DNA from: Octopus vulgaris
Lineage: Eukaryota
DNA length: 64,000 nucleotides
Assembly: GCA_951406725.2 (NCBI GenBank)
Contig: OX597827.1
Span: forward strand, 7,502,001 to 7,566,000
Direction: 5' to 3'
Positions 1 to 12,919 of the stretch are shown piece after piece. Within the stretch, counting starts at the first letter, position 1. Every line of letters starts with the position of its first letter. The notes under the pieces are model-generated. The model ran no database searches. It was not told the DNA's origin and saw only the letters and a program-made list of their open reading frames with translations. A program made the translations under genes and the position numbers.

Positions 1-20
1 ATAGATAGACAGATAAATAA

Positions 21-75
<55 letters not shown>

Positions 76-124
76 GATGGATATATAGATAGATAGATAG
101 ATGGATATATATATATAGATAGAT

Positions 125-168
<44 letters not shown>

Positions 169-226
169 CGACAGACAGACACTCAGACAGACAAATCGGT
201 AGATAGATAGATACATACACACACAC
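1..226. repeat. Compound microsatellite (AGAT)n/(GA)n/(GACA)n
   Basis: Directly visible tandem units. Confidence 0.95.
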
Positions 227-811
227 AGTTTCTTGATTACCTACAAACAATACTATTTAGGTCTATTTCAGTACGATAAATCCTTTTGGCTTAACATTAT
301 ATGAGATTCAAGGTTTTTGAAAATTTTCTAATCTAGAAATCAAAAAGGGAAAAATGAAACACAAAAACAAAAGTTAAAAAAGAAAACACAACAAAGATGA
401 AGGAGCTACAAATGGAAAAAAATAAATTTTGAATAATAGGGATTTGTTTCTCTAGGAAACATTTTTCCTGCCTAGTATAGATAACATAGAGACTTATTTC
501 GGTAAATGATTTAGAGATAGCAGCAGTGTAGTTAATCTGATAAAATATCTGATTCCAGCAGATAGAAAGCCAATTTAATTCTCATTGGCTACAGTAATTT
601 AACTTAATTCATCTCTCTAATGAAGGCAGTGAATATAAGCATTAGCTCACTAAATATCCCCAAGGAAACAAAACTTAAGAGTCGCTATCAGGAATGAAGC
701 GTAAAATAATTAATGAAATTTGCTTGGTATTTGCTCTCTCTGTCTATCTAACTGTCTCTCTTCATATGTGTGTGTGTGTGTGTGTGTATACATGTATATA
801 TTGTGTGTGTG

Positions 812-844
<33 letters not shown>

Positions 845-861
<17 letters not shown>

Positions 862-892
862 AATTGTGTACAGTGCTCAGGTGCACTACAAT
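845..892 (-). mobile_element. Extreme 3' tip of CR1-type LINE with (ATT)n tail
   Basis: ataataattgtgtacagtgctcaggtgcactacaa matches the ends of the CR1 fragments at ~26780 and ~49950. Confidence 0.6.
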
Positions 893-928
893 ATATATGT
901 ATGTATGTATGTATGTGTATGTATGTAT

Positions 929-976
<48 letters not shown>

Positions 977-1050
977 GTATGTATATATATATATGTGTGT
1001 GTGTGTGTGTGCGTATTATTTCACAGCATAAAAACAGTAAACATAAATAT

Positions 1051-1470
1051 CATCATCATCATCGTTTAACGTCCGTTCTCCATGCTAGCATAGGTTGGAC
1101 GGTTCGACTGGGGATCTGGGAAGCCAGAAGGCTGCACCAGGCTCCGGTCTTATCTGGCAATGTTTCTACTGCTGGATGCCCTTCCTAACGCCAACCACTC
1201 CGTGAGTGTAGTGGGTGCTTTTTACGTGCCACCTGCACAGGTGCCAGGCGAGGCTAGCAACGGCCACGGTCGGATTGGTGTATTTTATGTGCCACCGGCA
1301 CGGAAGCCAGTCGAGGCGGCGCTGGCATCAGCCACGAGTCGGATAGTGCTTTTTACGTACCACCAGACCAGGGATCCTGGCTGGTTCAATTCGATTTCGC
1401 TTTTGCTTGCCCCAACATGTCTTCGCAAGCAAAGGGGGTTGGCATGGGTGCCTGTCGTACAGTCGGATTG
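1051..1470 (-). mobile_element. RTE-3'UTR-derived repeat (family C), (GAT)n tail
   Basis: catcatcatcgtttaacgtc...ggatgcccttcctaacgccaaccactc...tttttacgtgccacc; reverse complement matches 7390-7562 and 34865-35259. Confidence 0.85.
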
Positions 1471-1495
1471 GTGTATACATATATATATATATATA

Positions 1496-1580
<85 letters not shown>

Positions 1581-1852
1581 TTGCTACTTTTATGCAGTGA
1601 TGTACTAATTTTTTGACTAAGCAGAAAACCAATGTTTTACAAATGTGGAATAAAGTCCATTGAATATACTGCAGTAAATAACAGGTACTTATTTTATCTC
1701 TGTGTACTTATTGAAACACTAAGTTACTGTGTTTGATAAAAAGGCATACAACTTGACACATTAGTTTACAGCAGCAAATGATAATAATACAGTCACAGAC
1801 AGCGGGACAAATGACCATACATCCAGATATGCACGTGTACATAAACACACAG

Positions 1853-1897
<45 letters not shown>

Positions 1898-1959
1898 CAT
1901 ATATATGTACATATATATATATATATATATATAGATACATATATATATATATATATATG

Positions 1960-2034
<75 letters not shown>

Positions 2035-2036
<2 letters not shown>

Positions 2037-2405
2037 TCGTCATCATCATTGTTGTTGTCAGTTAACGTCTGCTTGCCATGCTGGCATGGGTTGGACAGTT
2101 TGACTGAGGGCTGGTGAGCCAGAAGGCTACACCAGGCTCCAACCTGATCTGGCAGTGTTTCTACAGCTGGATGCCCTTCCTAACGCCAACCACTCCCAGC
2201 CACTGGCACGGAACCAGTCAGGCAGCACTGGCATTGACCATGCTTGAATGGTGCTTTTTACGTGCCATCAGAATAGGTGCCAAATCAGTCGGTAGTGTCA
2301 TCGGTCACGGCAATGACTTCACTTGACTCAACAGGTCTTTGTAAACACAGTTTATTGCCCAATGATTGAAGGGTACTCTTAAAGGGCTGGTTATGCTGCA
2401 CTGGC
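2035..2405 (-). mobile_element. Family C repeat, diverged
   Basis: Same motifs (ggatgcccttcctaacgccaacc, tttttacgtgcca). Confidence 0.8.
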
Positions 2406-2521
2406 ATAATTCTAAGTTTGATACTCATCTGATATTGTCTGAATGTGCAAATTAGTCTAAACAAGGTGTCACAATTTAAGTACCTAATTCAACTGAATCT
2501 AAATTACATTTTATATGTGTA

Positions 2522-2823
2522 CTAGCAGTATCGCCCGGCGTTGCTCGGTTTGTAAGGGAAATAACTATATAAGCATTTTTAGAGAGTTACTTCCCTTATA
2601 TAATAGCAAAAAAAAGGCATTAAAAATGGGAAAAATTATGGTAAACTTTTTTTAAAATCCTAGACTCATCGTAGACGCACGCTAGTACCCAGAAGGGCTC
2701 GATATGAATCACGACTATAAGATACCCGCTTTTGGTTAAACTGCACCGCAAAATGTGGGAGTAGTTAGGAATTTAAATCGTAGGAGACAGACACTCACAC
2801 AACTTCACTTTTATATATAAAGA
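2522..2823 (-). mobile_element. Non-autonomous Helitron
   Basis: On the minus strand it starts TC(tttatatataaaag), ends with a GC hairpin (ccgagcaacgccggg) + CTAG, and sits between A and T with no TSD. These are the canonical Helitron termini; four near-identical copies in the window. Confidence 0.85.
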
Positions 2824-3138
2824 TATGTATGTGTGTATGTGTGCATGTGCATCTGTGTATGTGTGTGTATATGTGTGTGTATGTATGCATGCATGTATGC
2901 ATGTATGCTTGTATATATGTATGCATATATGTATACATGCATGTATGTATGTGTTCCAGACATCTGTACAGCTGCATAAGGCTATAGAGCTACACCTGGG
3001 AATATATATGACAGGTTTTCACACAGTTTTTAACCTACTAAATTTCACTTACAAAGTATTCGTTAACTTGATGCTAAAGTAGAAAATACTTGGCCAAAGA
3101 ACCAGCATTGTGAGGTTAAAACTGTTGGCATATATATA

Positions 3139-3535
3139 GGCGCAGGAGTGGCTGTGTGGTAAGTAGCTTGCTAACCAACCACATGGTTCTTGGTTCAGTC
3201 TCATTGCGTGGCATCTTGGGCAAGTGTCTTCTGCTATAGCCTCGGGCCAACCAAAGCCTTGTGAGTGGACTTGGTAGATGGAAACTGAAAGAAGCCCGTC
3301 ATATATATGTATGTGTGTTTGTGTGTCTGTGTTTGTCCCCTAGCATTGCTTTACAACCGATGCTGGTGTGTTTATGTCCCCCCGTTACTTAGCGGTTCGG
3401 CAAAAGAGACCGATAGAATAAGTACTGGGCTTACAAAAAAGAATAAGTCCCGGGGTCGAGTTGCTCGATTAAAGGCGGTGCTCCAGCATGGCCGCAGTCA
3501 GATGACTGAAACAAGTAAAAGAGAATAAAAGAGAA
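3139..3535 (+). mobile_element. tRNA-derived CORE-type SINE (family A)
   Basis: A-box-like tggctgtgtgg, B-box-like ggttcagtc, CORE-like cttgggcaagtgtcttct, internal (TA)/(TG) tract, aaaagag tail; many copies in the window. Confidence 0.88.
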
Positions 3536-3921
3536 TAGTATATATTTGTAAAGTGCTCTTCTTGACTGCACAACTATCAGAGAATTAGATTCATAAACTA
3601 ATTAAATGGTATTAAGTAATTTGTATGGCTGTCTGCAACCACAACAATCATTATAAATTGATGTCAGTATTGGTTTCATATTTTGGCACAAGGCCAGTAA
3701 TTTCAGGAGTGTGATTAAGCCAACTATACTGACCCCAATGCTCAACAGGTAGTCAATTAATATTGATATTAGACACAGTATGGCTATGTGTTTTAAGACC
3801 AGATGGTCTTGAATTTGGTCTCACTGCAGGACACCCTGGGTAAGTGATTTCTACTATAGACTCCTACTGATTAATAATATATGATACAATTTACTTGATG
3901 TAAACTGCAGGTGGCTTGTCT

Positions 3922-3968
<47 letters not shown>

Positions 3969-4009
3969 GTGTTTTTTATGTATGTATATACATATATATA
4001 TATATATAA

Positions 4010-4216
4010 TGGGAAGGTTTACGAAAATAAACAAAAGACGAAGGCAGGTAGAGTACAAACAAACAAATGTATTAGTATGGCGCTCAGGAATAGAAATAGA
4101 ACAAGTCTTTTACGTTTCGAGCCTACGCTCTTCGACAGAAAGATTCACAGAAAAGAAACAAGGAGAGAAACAAGGAGAGAAAAAAAATGCTTGTAGGAGC
4201 TAACGATCTAACATGG
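4010..4216 (-). mobile_element. Short Penelope-like (pLTR-like) element in (TA)n, family P1
   Basis: Near-identical to 15433-15633, flanked by (TA)n, contains a hammerhead motif. Confidence 0.65.
4106..4143 (-). ncRNA. Minimal type-I hammerhead-like motif, variant core CUGUCGA
   Basis: Minus strand: UCUUU-CUGUCGA-A-GAGC-GUAG-GCUC-GAAAC-GUA-AAAGA. Confidence 0.6.
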
Positions 4217-4343
4217 TGTATATATATAAGTATATAATGTCTTCTCTGATTAAAAGTGAGCTGAAATATTCTGGCCAAATCGTGAAAAAGCTATCAATTA
4301 AACATGCACTATTTTGATTGTGGCATTGAATATTGTTCAACTG

Positions 4344-4410
<67 letters not shown>

Positions 4411-4797
4411 ACAGAGATTGAGAGAGAGAATTCCAATCACTTGAGTAAAATTGTATGATATATATATATATATATATATATGCATAACACACTCACATAC
4501 TTATAAATACATACAGCTGCCTGTATTTGTGAGGTCTTCATGCAAAAGCAGACAGTCAGAGACAAATGTCCTCAGTGGTTACTTGACCATTTCCTATTTC
4601 ACATTTAATTTAACAACCTACTGAACATATATTTAGTTCATTATCAGTATCCAAATATTTCGAGACGAAATTTATTATGATTTTAAGTTTGTTTGTTCAA
4701 TCATTTATTCATTATTTAAGACAATTTCCAGAATTTATTAATAACCTTTATTAAGTTTTAAGAAACAAGATTTTCAGCTCCAAATTAGAAAAATGAA

Positions 4798-4833
<36 letters not shown>

Positions 4834-5307
4834 CACACTCACACACACACACACTCACACACAGAGAACAAAATAAGAAAAGAAATATGCAACAGAATAT
4901 AATAAAAGAGTAAATAAGAAAGTTTCTCTTCTCTTTCATATTTTAGAATTAGTATTAGTCAGTCACCTCAGTAACAAGCAGGAAGATAATTGGGGAGAGA
5001 TTTAAAGATTTCTTGCAATCAGTGGCCTATGGCTCCATTCATACTACTGTCATTATTTTCATATTTTTCCTTCCCCATATTTCCTTATCTCTGCATCTCC
5101 TTGTCACTTTTCTCATACATATTAATTCCTACATCTTTTTTTTTCTTTTCTTTTCTTTCTCTCTCTCTCTCTCTCTCTCTTTTCTTTCTCTAAATCTCTC
5201 AGCTTCTTTCGATATCGACATATGTCAATTTGTGGCATATATAAGTGATACTGAAACAGAGCGCGCTGAACATTTATAATAAGGTAAATTGTTAGTATTG
5301 AAATAAG

Positions 5308-5845
5308 AATGATGATGATGACAATGGCGACGATGATGATGATGATGATGATGATGACGACGACGAGGACGATGATGGTGATAATGGGGATGATGATGAT
5401 GATGATGATGATGATGACGGTGGTGGTGGTGGTGATTATGATGGTGACGATGATGATGACGATGACTACGACGACGATGATGGTGATAATGGTGATGATG
5501 ATGATGATGATGACGACGGTGATGATGGTAATGATGGTGATGATGATGATAATGATGACGACGGTGATGATGGTGGCGGTGGTGGTGGTGGTGGTGATTA
5601 TGATGGTGATGATGATGACGACGACGACGATGATGATGGTGATAATGGTGATGATGATGATGATGATGATGACGACGGTGATGATGGTGGTGGTGGTGAT
5701 TATGATGATAATGATGATGATGATGACGATGACGCCGACGATGATGATGGTGATAATGATGATGATGATGATGATGATGAGGACGGTGATGATGGTGGTG
5801 GTGGTGGTGGTGGTGGTGATTATGATGGTGACGATGATGATTACG
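5308..5845. repeat. Imperfect (GAT/GGT/GAC)n trinucleotide array
   Basis: Directly visible; source of the poly-Met ORF. Confidence 0.95.
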
Positions 5846-5977
5846 ATTAATAAGTGGTATATAATATAGGAAACTAGAAGGAGAAAGAGACCTTAGCGAA
5901 TAGCACAGGGTTTATTCACTGATTTTTATGCAGATACAGAAATACATACATATTTACATCTATACTTGCACACATGC

Positions 5978-6008
<31 letters not shown>

Positions 6009-6486
6009 TGCACACACATACACACACACAAACACATGCACACACACACACATGTACAAATACATGTATACATCTATGCATATATAAGTATAAATCCTCT
6101 CAGGTAGATGACTCTGCTCAATCTGTAGGAAAGGCGTAGGTAGAAATTCCTTAAGGTGTACCCAGTGTAAGCTATGGACACATAAGAGGTGTAACAATAT
6201 CAGAGGAAGATTAACTGGAAAACCCAGTTTTTATGTGTAGAAGGTGCTCAAGTACAAATCAACACTAAAAATGTACAGAAAATAGACTCCATCAAATGCC
6301 GGGAGGAGAAACTAGAAGTAATTGATAGCTTCCATTACCTAGGTGACCAAGTCTGTAGCAGAAGTTGATGCTCCGAGAACATAGCTGCTAGAATAAGAAT
6401 AGGTTGGGCAAAGTTCAGAGAGCTCTTACCTTTGTTGGTAACAAAGGGTCTCTCCCTCAGAGTGAAAGGCAGATTGTATGATACCT

Positions 6487-6705
6487 ATTTCTTTACTACC
6501 CACCCTCAAGGGGCTAAACACAGAAGGGACAAACAAGGACAGACAAACGGATTAAGTCGATTATATCGACCCCAGTGCGTAACTGGTACTTATTTAATCG
6601 ACCCCGAAAGGATGAAAGGCAAAGTTGACCGCGATGGAATTTGAACTCAGAACGTTACTACTGATGAAATACTGCTGAGCATTTTGCTCTGCATGCTAAC
6701 GATTC
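6487..6705 (-). mobile_element. SINE family B inserted in RTE, 12-bp TSD
   Basis: TSD tgtatgatacct at 6475-6486 and 6706-6717. Confidence 0.9.
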
Positions 6706-7026
6706 TGTATGATACCTGTGTGCAAACAGCCATGCAACACAGCAGTGAAACATGGGCTGTGACTGCTGAGGACATGCGTAGGCTTGAAAGAAATGAAGCT
6801 AGTATGCTTTGCTGGATGTGCCATGTCTCTGTGCATGCATGACAGTGTGTAAACGTCTTGAGAGTAAAGCTGGGCATAAGAGGCATCAGATGTGGCGTAC
6901 AAGAGAGACGACTGTGTTGGTATGGTCATGTGATGCTTATTGATGTGGACAGCTTTGTGAAGAAGTGCTGATCTCTACCAGTGGCAGGAAGCTGTGGAAG
7001 AGGGAGACCCAGGAAGACATGGGACA

Positions 7027-7260
7027 AGGTGGCGAGCTGGCAGAAACGTTAGCATGCCGGGCGAAATGCTTAGCGGTATTTCGTCTGCGTTACGTTGTGA
7101 GTTCAAATTCTGCCGAGGTTGACTTTGCATTTCATCCTTTCGGGGTCGATAAATTAAGTACCAGTTACGCACTGGGGTTGATATAATCGACTTAATACCT
7201 ATGTCTGTCCTTGTTTGTCCTCTCTGTGTTTAGCCCCTTGTGGGTAGTAAAGAAATAGGT
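7027..7260 (+). mobile_element. SINE family B (tRNA head, gtcgactttgcctttcatcctttcggggtcgataaa central domain)
   Basis: ggcgagctggcagaa head, gagttcaaattc B box, aaagaaataggt end; splits the RTE KTW..KHDL motif. Confidence 0.9.
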
Positions 7261-7916
7261 AAAGCATGATCTTCCAATATTGAGTCTCACAAAGGCAATG
7301 ACTAATGACTGAGACGCTTGGCTATGTGCCATGTTTGAGAAGACCTGTCAAGCCAAGTGAAATCGTAATCATGACAGATAATGGTGTCATGCAGCTGGCA
7401 CCTGTACCAGTGGCATATAAAAACACCCATTACACTCTCAGTGTGGTTGGCATTTGGAAGGGCATCCAGCTATAGAAAACATGCCAAATGAGACTGGAGT
7501 CTGGTGCAGCCTCTCAGCTTACCAGCCCGGTTCAAACCATCCAGCCCATGTCACCATGGACAATACTGAAACAAATAAAAGATGAAAAATAAATGAATTG
7601 TCCATCCTGTATATCCAGCATAGATAATCGCATATCTATAAATATATATACATACACACAAATAGCAAGTTACCCAAAGTTTTGGAAACTCTTTGCCAAA
7701 TTACCAAACACTGTACTTGTATAAAAAAATGACAAATTTTGCAATAAAATTTTACTTCATTTGAATATCTCATCATTAATATAATATTAAAATTGGGTAA
7801 AATCAAAAATCCAAGAATACTGGAGGTTACCTGTATCTGGAAAAGTAAGACAATGAAAAGAAAATTAGAAGAATGATAAAGTATATTTGCCATGAGGAGT
7901 GTAGAATATAGTATTT

Positions 7917-8204
7917 GGATCTTTTCTAAAAGATGGACAGAATTTTTACTTAACTAAATAATTTGAAACTTCGTATACTGGTAGAATGTGTCAAAAGAAA
8001 ACATTAATTTCAATTAGTTTTTTTGAGAAAATTGTATTTTGTAACTTTTACGTAGTTTAATTCTTTGAATTTTAACCAATGAAATCCCAGCATTTGAGCT
8101 AAATTAATTGAAATTAATGTTTTCTTTTGACACATTCTACCAGTATACGAAGTTTCAAATTATTTAGTTAAGTAGAAATTCTGTCTATCTTTTAGAAAAG
8201 ATCC
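7917..8204. mobile_element. MITE with ~100-bp TIRs and 8-bp TSD (Merlin- or hAT-like)
   Basis: ggatcttttctaaaagatggacagaat... / ...attctgtctatcttttagaaaagatcc; TSD tagtattt at 7909-7916 and 8205-8212. Confidence 0.85.
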
Positions 8205-9317
8205 TAGTATTTCTTTCCTTTGATTTTCTATGTGAGAGTGTGGAAAATAAGGATAAAACTGAAGTTGTAGATTGCTTTGGTAGAAGATAGGGACTGAATC
8301 TTTAAGCCTGAAATTCTTCATTGAATATTCTGGTATTTATAAAGTTTTATTTAAAGTTCCTTCTCACAGAGTTGAATATACAAAGATAAACTATAAGTCG
8401 GAAGAATGTTCACCTCGAAGATTTCGGATAATTATAGAAAATAAATCTGGAAACAACGCATGCTAAACAAGAACAACAACCACCCAAAATACTTAAATAA
8501 ATTCTGCACTGACACTCTTCCAAATGTTATTTCAAAGATTTATACTATTTAAAAATCAAAGTCACCAAAAAGCTGGTTACTTTTTCCTTAAGAATCCATT
8601 ATTAAATATCACAAAATTTTATTGATTAGTTTCAATGAAAAAAAATAAAAAGGAAAAAAATAAAAACAAAAACAAATAGCATTGAGACTTATATTGTGGA
8701 TAAAGCCAGTAGCTAAAGATAGTAAAACTACCGAAAGAAATTTATAAAATCACTGGCTGCTTAAAGATTATACCTTCTCTGTACGAACTGTCTAAATTAG
8801 TTACCACAAATCTACTTCCAAAGTCACTGGAGCGTGGAAAAGAAGTTAAAGTAATGTTGTAAAACCCTATTGAAAGTATTAGTGAGTTGTAGGGTGCCTG
8901 CATGGCTGTGTGGTTGGGAATTTTACATCACAATATCATGGGCCTGGAGTCAATGTAAACTGCTCAGAGAATCTATCTTCTCACATAGCTTTGAGTTAAT
9001 TGGCAATTTGTGAATGGAATTCGGTGGTTGGAAACTGCCATTTAAAGGTGTGTGCATGTGTGTGTGTGTGTGTGTGTGCACGCACGTGCATAGTGTGGGT
9101 GTGTCTCTGTGCGTGTATATATTATGTATATATATATACATTCATATGTATGTGTGTATGTGTCTAAATATGTGTGTGTTTGAGTGTGCATATATACATA
9201 CATACATACCTACACACACATATATATATATATACATATATATGTATGTATATATGTATGTATATATGAATATAAATATATATAGAGAGAGATTGATATA
9301 TATATAAATATAGATAG

Positions 9318-9371
<54 letters not shown>

Positions 9372-9668
9372 CTAGTTAATACATAAGCCTGCCCAGATTT
9401 TTTGTGACTTCACAGACTGTTTAGTCAATATTAAACTATATTGGCTTGGTGGAATTTCAGCCTGGCATTCACTAGTATGGTACCTGTTACCAAGGAGGTG
9501 CAAATTACACCAAAGTCATAACTGTCCTGTCCACTGGTGCTGAAAGAATTTCGTCTGCCAATATAATCTGTGCTTAATATCTTCTATGAGATAATTTCTC
9601 AGGATGATAATTGCAATTTGTAATATTTAGAACAAGTTAAGTTGGACGTGTAAATATATATATATATA

Positions 9669-10055
9669 TCATCATTATCATCATCATCATTTAGCGTCTG
9701 CTTTCCATGCTGGCATGGGTTGGACGGTTCAACTGGGGTCTGTGAAGCCAGAAGGCTGCATCAGGCCAAGTCTGATCTGGTAGTGTTTCTACCGCTGGAT
9801 GCCCTTCCTAACGCCAACCACTCCGTGAGTGTAGTGGGTGCCTTTTACATGCCACCCGCACAGGTGCCAGACGGAGCTGGCAAACGGCCACGGACGGATG
9901 GTGCTTTTTACGTGCCACCGGCACGGGGGCCAGGCGAGGCTGACAATGGCCACGAACGGATGGTACTTTTTACGTGCCACCCGCACAGGTGCCAGACGGA
10001 GCTGGCAAACGGCCACGGACGGATGGTGCTTTTTACGTGTCACTGGCACAGAGGC
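9669..10055 (-). mobile_element. Family C repeat with internal ~50-bp tandem units
   Basis: Repeated ggatggtgctttttacgtgccacc units. Confidence 0.85.
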
Positions 10056-10998
10056 ATGTTTTATACTGTTTATAAGTGTCGAAATGTGTATTGTATGATA
10101 CAAATAAGATGATAATATTTTAGATAATTTACCCAATATTTCAGCAGTTCTAACAACATTTCTGCATTCAAAGAAAATTATTTTCTCGTTTGTATCGTAT
10201 AATACACATTTCAATGCTTACAAAAAACAAAACAAATGTTAGTTTGTTTATATTTATATACACATATTTGTGCATTTAGCTTCATAGTGTCTAAATTTTT
10301 GAATAAATTTCTCAGTGGGCAGTTTGCTTGCACTAAAAAGTTCAAGCCACAACAAAATAAACAAACATGTCAGTTCAACATTATTCAACATGTTATCTAT
10401 GTCGGGCAATTTGAGAGGAGCTGATAAGCTAGGAAACTGCATCAAGTTAAAGTATCTGCTTTGGCAGGGTTTTGATGGCTGGATGCCACACACACACACA
10501 CACTACATACACACAACACGTGAAAACACACACTTGACACATCGCATACAAACACACACTTCTGGACACACACACGTATCTTTTATGTGGTCACATACAC
10601 GTGAAAACACACATACCAGGAATCTTTGGTGACACACACACTATACAGTATGTAGAGCACATTGCACACAGATTAACATCACACACACTTGACACACACA
10701 CACACATTCCCCTCTTTCTGAAAAGCTACTAGATGTGAAGCAACGTTAGACAAGTCCTTCCCTCCCCTCTCTTCCTCCCCTGGCTTCTTTCCTGTCCTCT
10801 GAGTTGAGTTGATGAGGATCCTGCTCTGAGTGCCGATACTATCAGTGCAATCACCACTGATAGATTTCGGGTGCCTGTCACTATCTGACAGTTGCACAAC
10901 GACTCAAGGCTGTATTCTTGCTGTAATTCTGCAAAGCTTTGACTAGTCATGGTTAGCCCTGTTGGAAAAGGCTATGAGATGATGGTGAAGGCATGCCA

Positions 10999-11273
10999 GG
11001 ATGTAACCCCAGTTACAGGAAGGTGAATATAAGCACAGGCACGTGGATATGTTAGGTGATGTTCCTTGCTTTACATAGTAGATGATCACATCATATATAT
11101 TTCTTTTCTACCCACAAAAGAGGGGACAAACAAAGGGATGTAACCCCAGTTACAGGAAGGTGAATATAAGCACAGGCACGTGGATATGTTAGGTGATGTT
11201 CCTTGCTTTACATAGTAGATGATCACATCATATATATTTCTTTTCTACCCACATAGAGGGGACAAACAAAGGG
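10999..11273. repeat. Tandem duplication of ~137 bp
   Basis: ggatgtaaccccagttacaggaagg...ctacccaca...ggggacaaacaaaggga occurs twice head-to-tail. Confidence 0.9.
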
Positions 11274-11436
11274 ATTAAGTCGATTACATCGACCCAGTGC
11301 GAAACCGGTACTTTATTTATCGACCCCAAGAGGATGAAAGGCAAAGTCATCCTTGGCGGAATTTGAACTCAGAACGTAACGACAGACGAAATACTGCTAA
11401 GTATTTCGCCCGGTGCGCTAACGTTTCTGCCAGCTC
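11240..11436 (-). mobile_element. SINE family B
   Basis: Reverse complement of the family B consensus. Confidence 0.85.
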
Positions 11437-12078
11437 TATCATACCTGCAAAATGTATGTATATATGTGTGGATCATATGTCAACTGTATGTATTTCAATA
11501 GCAATGTTCCATGCATGTATGTATGTATGTATGATAGAAATATTAGAAAATTGACTGTTATGTATGTATGTATGTACTACAGTATGTAATTTATGAAGAA
11601 TGACAATAATGTATGTATGTCAAACGTCCAGTTCAATGAATGTGATGTATATGACTTTGTATGTTTCCTGTATGTATGGAGTGATGCGGTATCATTTGTA
11701 TGTATGTATGTATTTGTATGTATGATATGTATTTATGTGTATGGTGCAGCAGTTGTACGTATGCAGAAGGAGAGCCCCCAAATAGAACTGGAATCAGTTG
11801 GTATGTATGTATTTATGTATGTATTCTTGTATTCGGTCTTTAGAGAGGTTGTTAAAACATTTGCTTTATGTTTGTTCGGTGTATTCAATAACACATCATA
11901 GAAAAGGAAAAGGAAAAGGAAAAACAAAATAATTGTCCTACTTGTACAGTTCACAGAGAGTAAACACTATCATATGGTGCTAATATCCAAAACACACTGC
12001 TTTGTGCACCAGAGTTGATCTAAGGGTAGTCAACAGAAACAACGAATACAGCAATTGGAGTAGCAACAGCAGCAGCAG

Positions 12079-12220
12079 TAGAAGAAGAAGAAGAAGAAGA
12101 AGAAGAAGAAGAAGAAGAAGAAGAAGAAGAAGAAGAAGAAGAAGAAGAAGAAGAAGAAGAAGAAGAAGAAGAAGAAGAAGAAGAAGAAGAAGAAGAAGGA
12201 GGAGGAGGAGAAGGAGGAGG
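12079..12220. repeat. (GAA)n microsatellite grading into (GGA)n
   Basis: Directly visible. Confidence 0.97.
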
Positions 12221-12286
12221 GATAACAATAATAGCATTACTCTTCGTAGAATGATATTCGAGTATTCTGCAGAATGATATTCTTGC

Positions 12287-12532
12287 GGCGAGCTGGCTAA
12301 GGTGGTGAGCTGGCTGAAACGTTAGCCCACTGGGCAAAATGCGTAGCCGTATTTCGTCTGCCGTTATGTTCTGAGTTCAAATTCCGCCGAGGTCGACTTT
12401 GCCTTTCATCCTTTCGGGGTTAATAAATTAAGTACCACTTACGCACTGGGGTCGATGTAATCGACTTAATCCGTTTGTCTGTCCTTTTTGTCCCCTCTGT
12501 ATTTAGCCCCTTGTGGGTAGTAAAGAAATAGG
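12287..12532 (+). mobile_element. SINE family B with duplicated 5' tip
   Basis: TSD tattcttgc at 12278-12286 and 12533-12541. Confidence 0.88.
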
Positions 12533-12754
12533 TATTCTTGCAGATTAGGTGGAAGAAACTTGTATCAGGTGAGGCTCATAGGTACAGACATGGCCATGTG
12601 CCTAAGAAGGTTGCTTCCCATGCATGTGATCTTGAGTTCAGTCCCACTATGTGACACCTTGGCCAAGCTTCTTCTACTATAACCTTGAGCCTGACCAAAG
12701 CCTTGTGAGTAGATTTGGTAGATGGAAACTGAAAGAAGTCTGTTTTATATATAT

Positions 12755-12895
12755 GGCATTAGGAAGGGCATCCAGCCGTAGAAACATTGCCAGATCAGAC
12801 TGGGCCTGGTGCAGCTTTCTGGCTTCCCAGACCCCAGTTGAACCGTCCAACCCATGCTAGTGCGGAAAACGGACGCTAAACGATGATGATGATGA
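12755..12895 (+). mobile_element. Family C 3' end
   Basis: ggcattaggaagggcatccagccgtagaaac...aaacgatgatgat. Confidence 0.85.
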
Positions 12896-12919
12896 TATAT
12901 ATATATATATATGCATTTG

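Larger units (their letters stand above)
6094..7562 (+). mobile_element. Decayed RTE-clade LINE, 3' part (RT C-terminus + 3' UTR), interrupted by two SINEs
   Basis: Broken frames read ...EVIDSFHYLGDQ...AARIRIGWAKFRELLPLLVTKGLSLRVKGRLYD|CVQTAMQHSSETWAVTAEDMRRLERNEASMLCWMC...RRLCWYGHVM...GRPRKTW, typical of RTE RT C-termini. Contains stops and frameshifts; frame ends ~7360. Confidence 0.9.

Noticed and set aside
8410-8460. Hammerhead-like ctcgaaga...ggaaac
   Set aside because: Core is wrong, and there is no cleavage triplet or stem I.
10790-10960. Possible Tc1 HTH remnant or exon (DEDPALSADTISA...TVAQRLKA)
   Set aside because: Needs a frameshift and has no TIR or catalytic motif; too weak to call.
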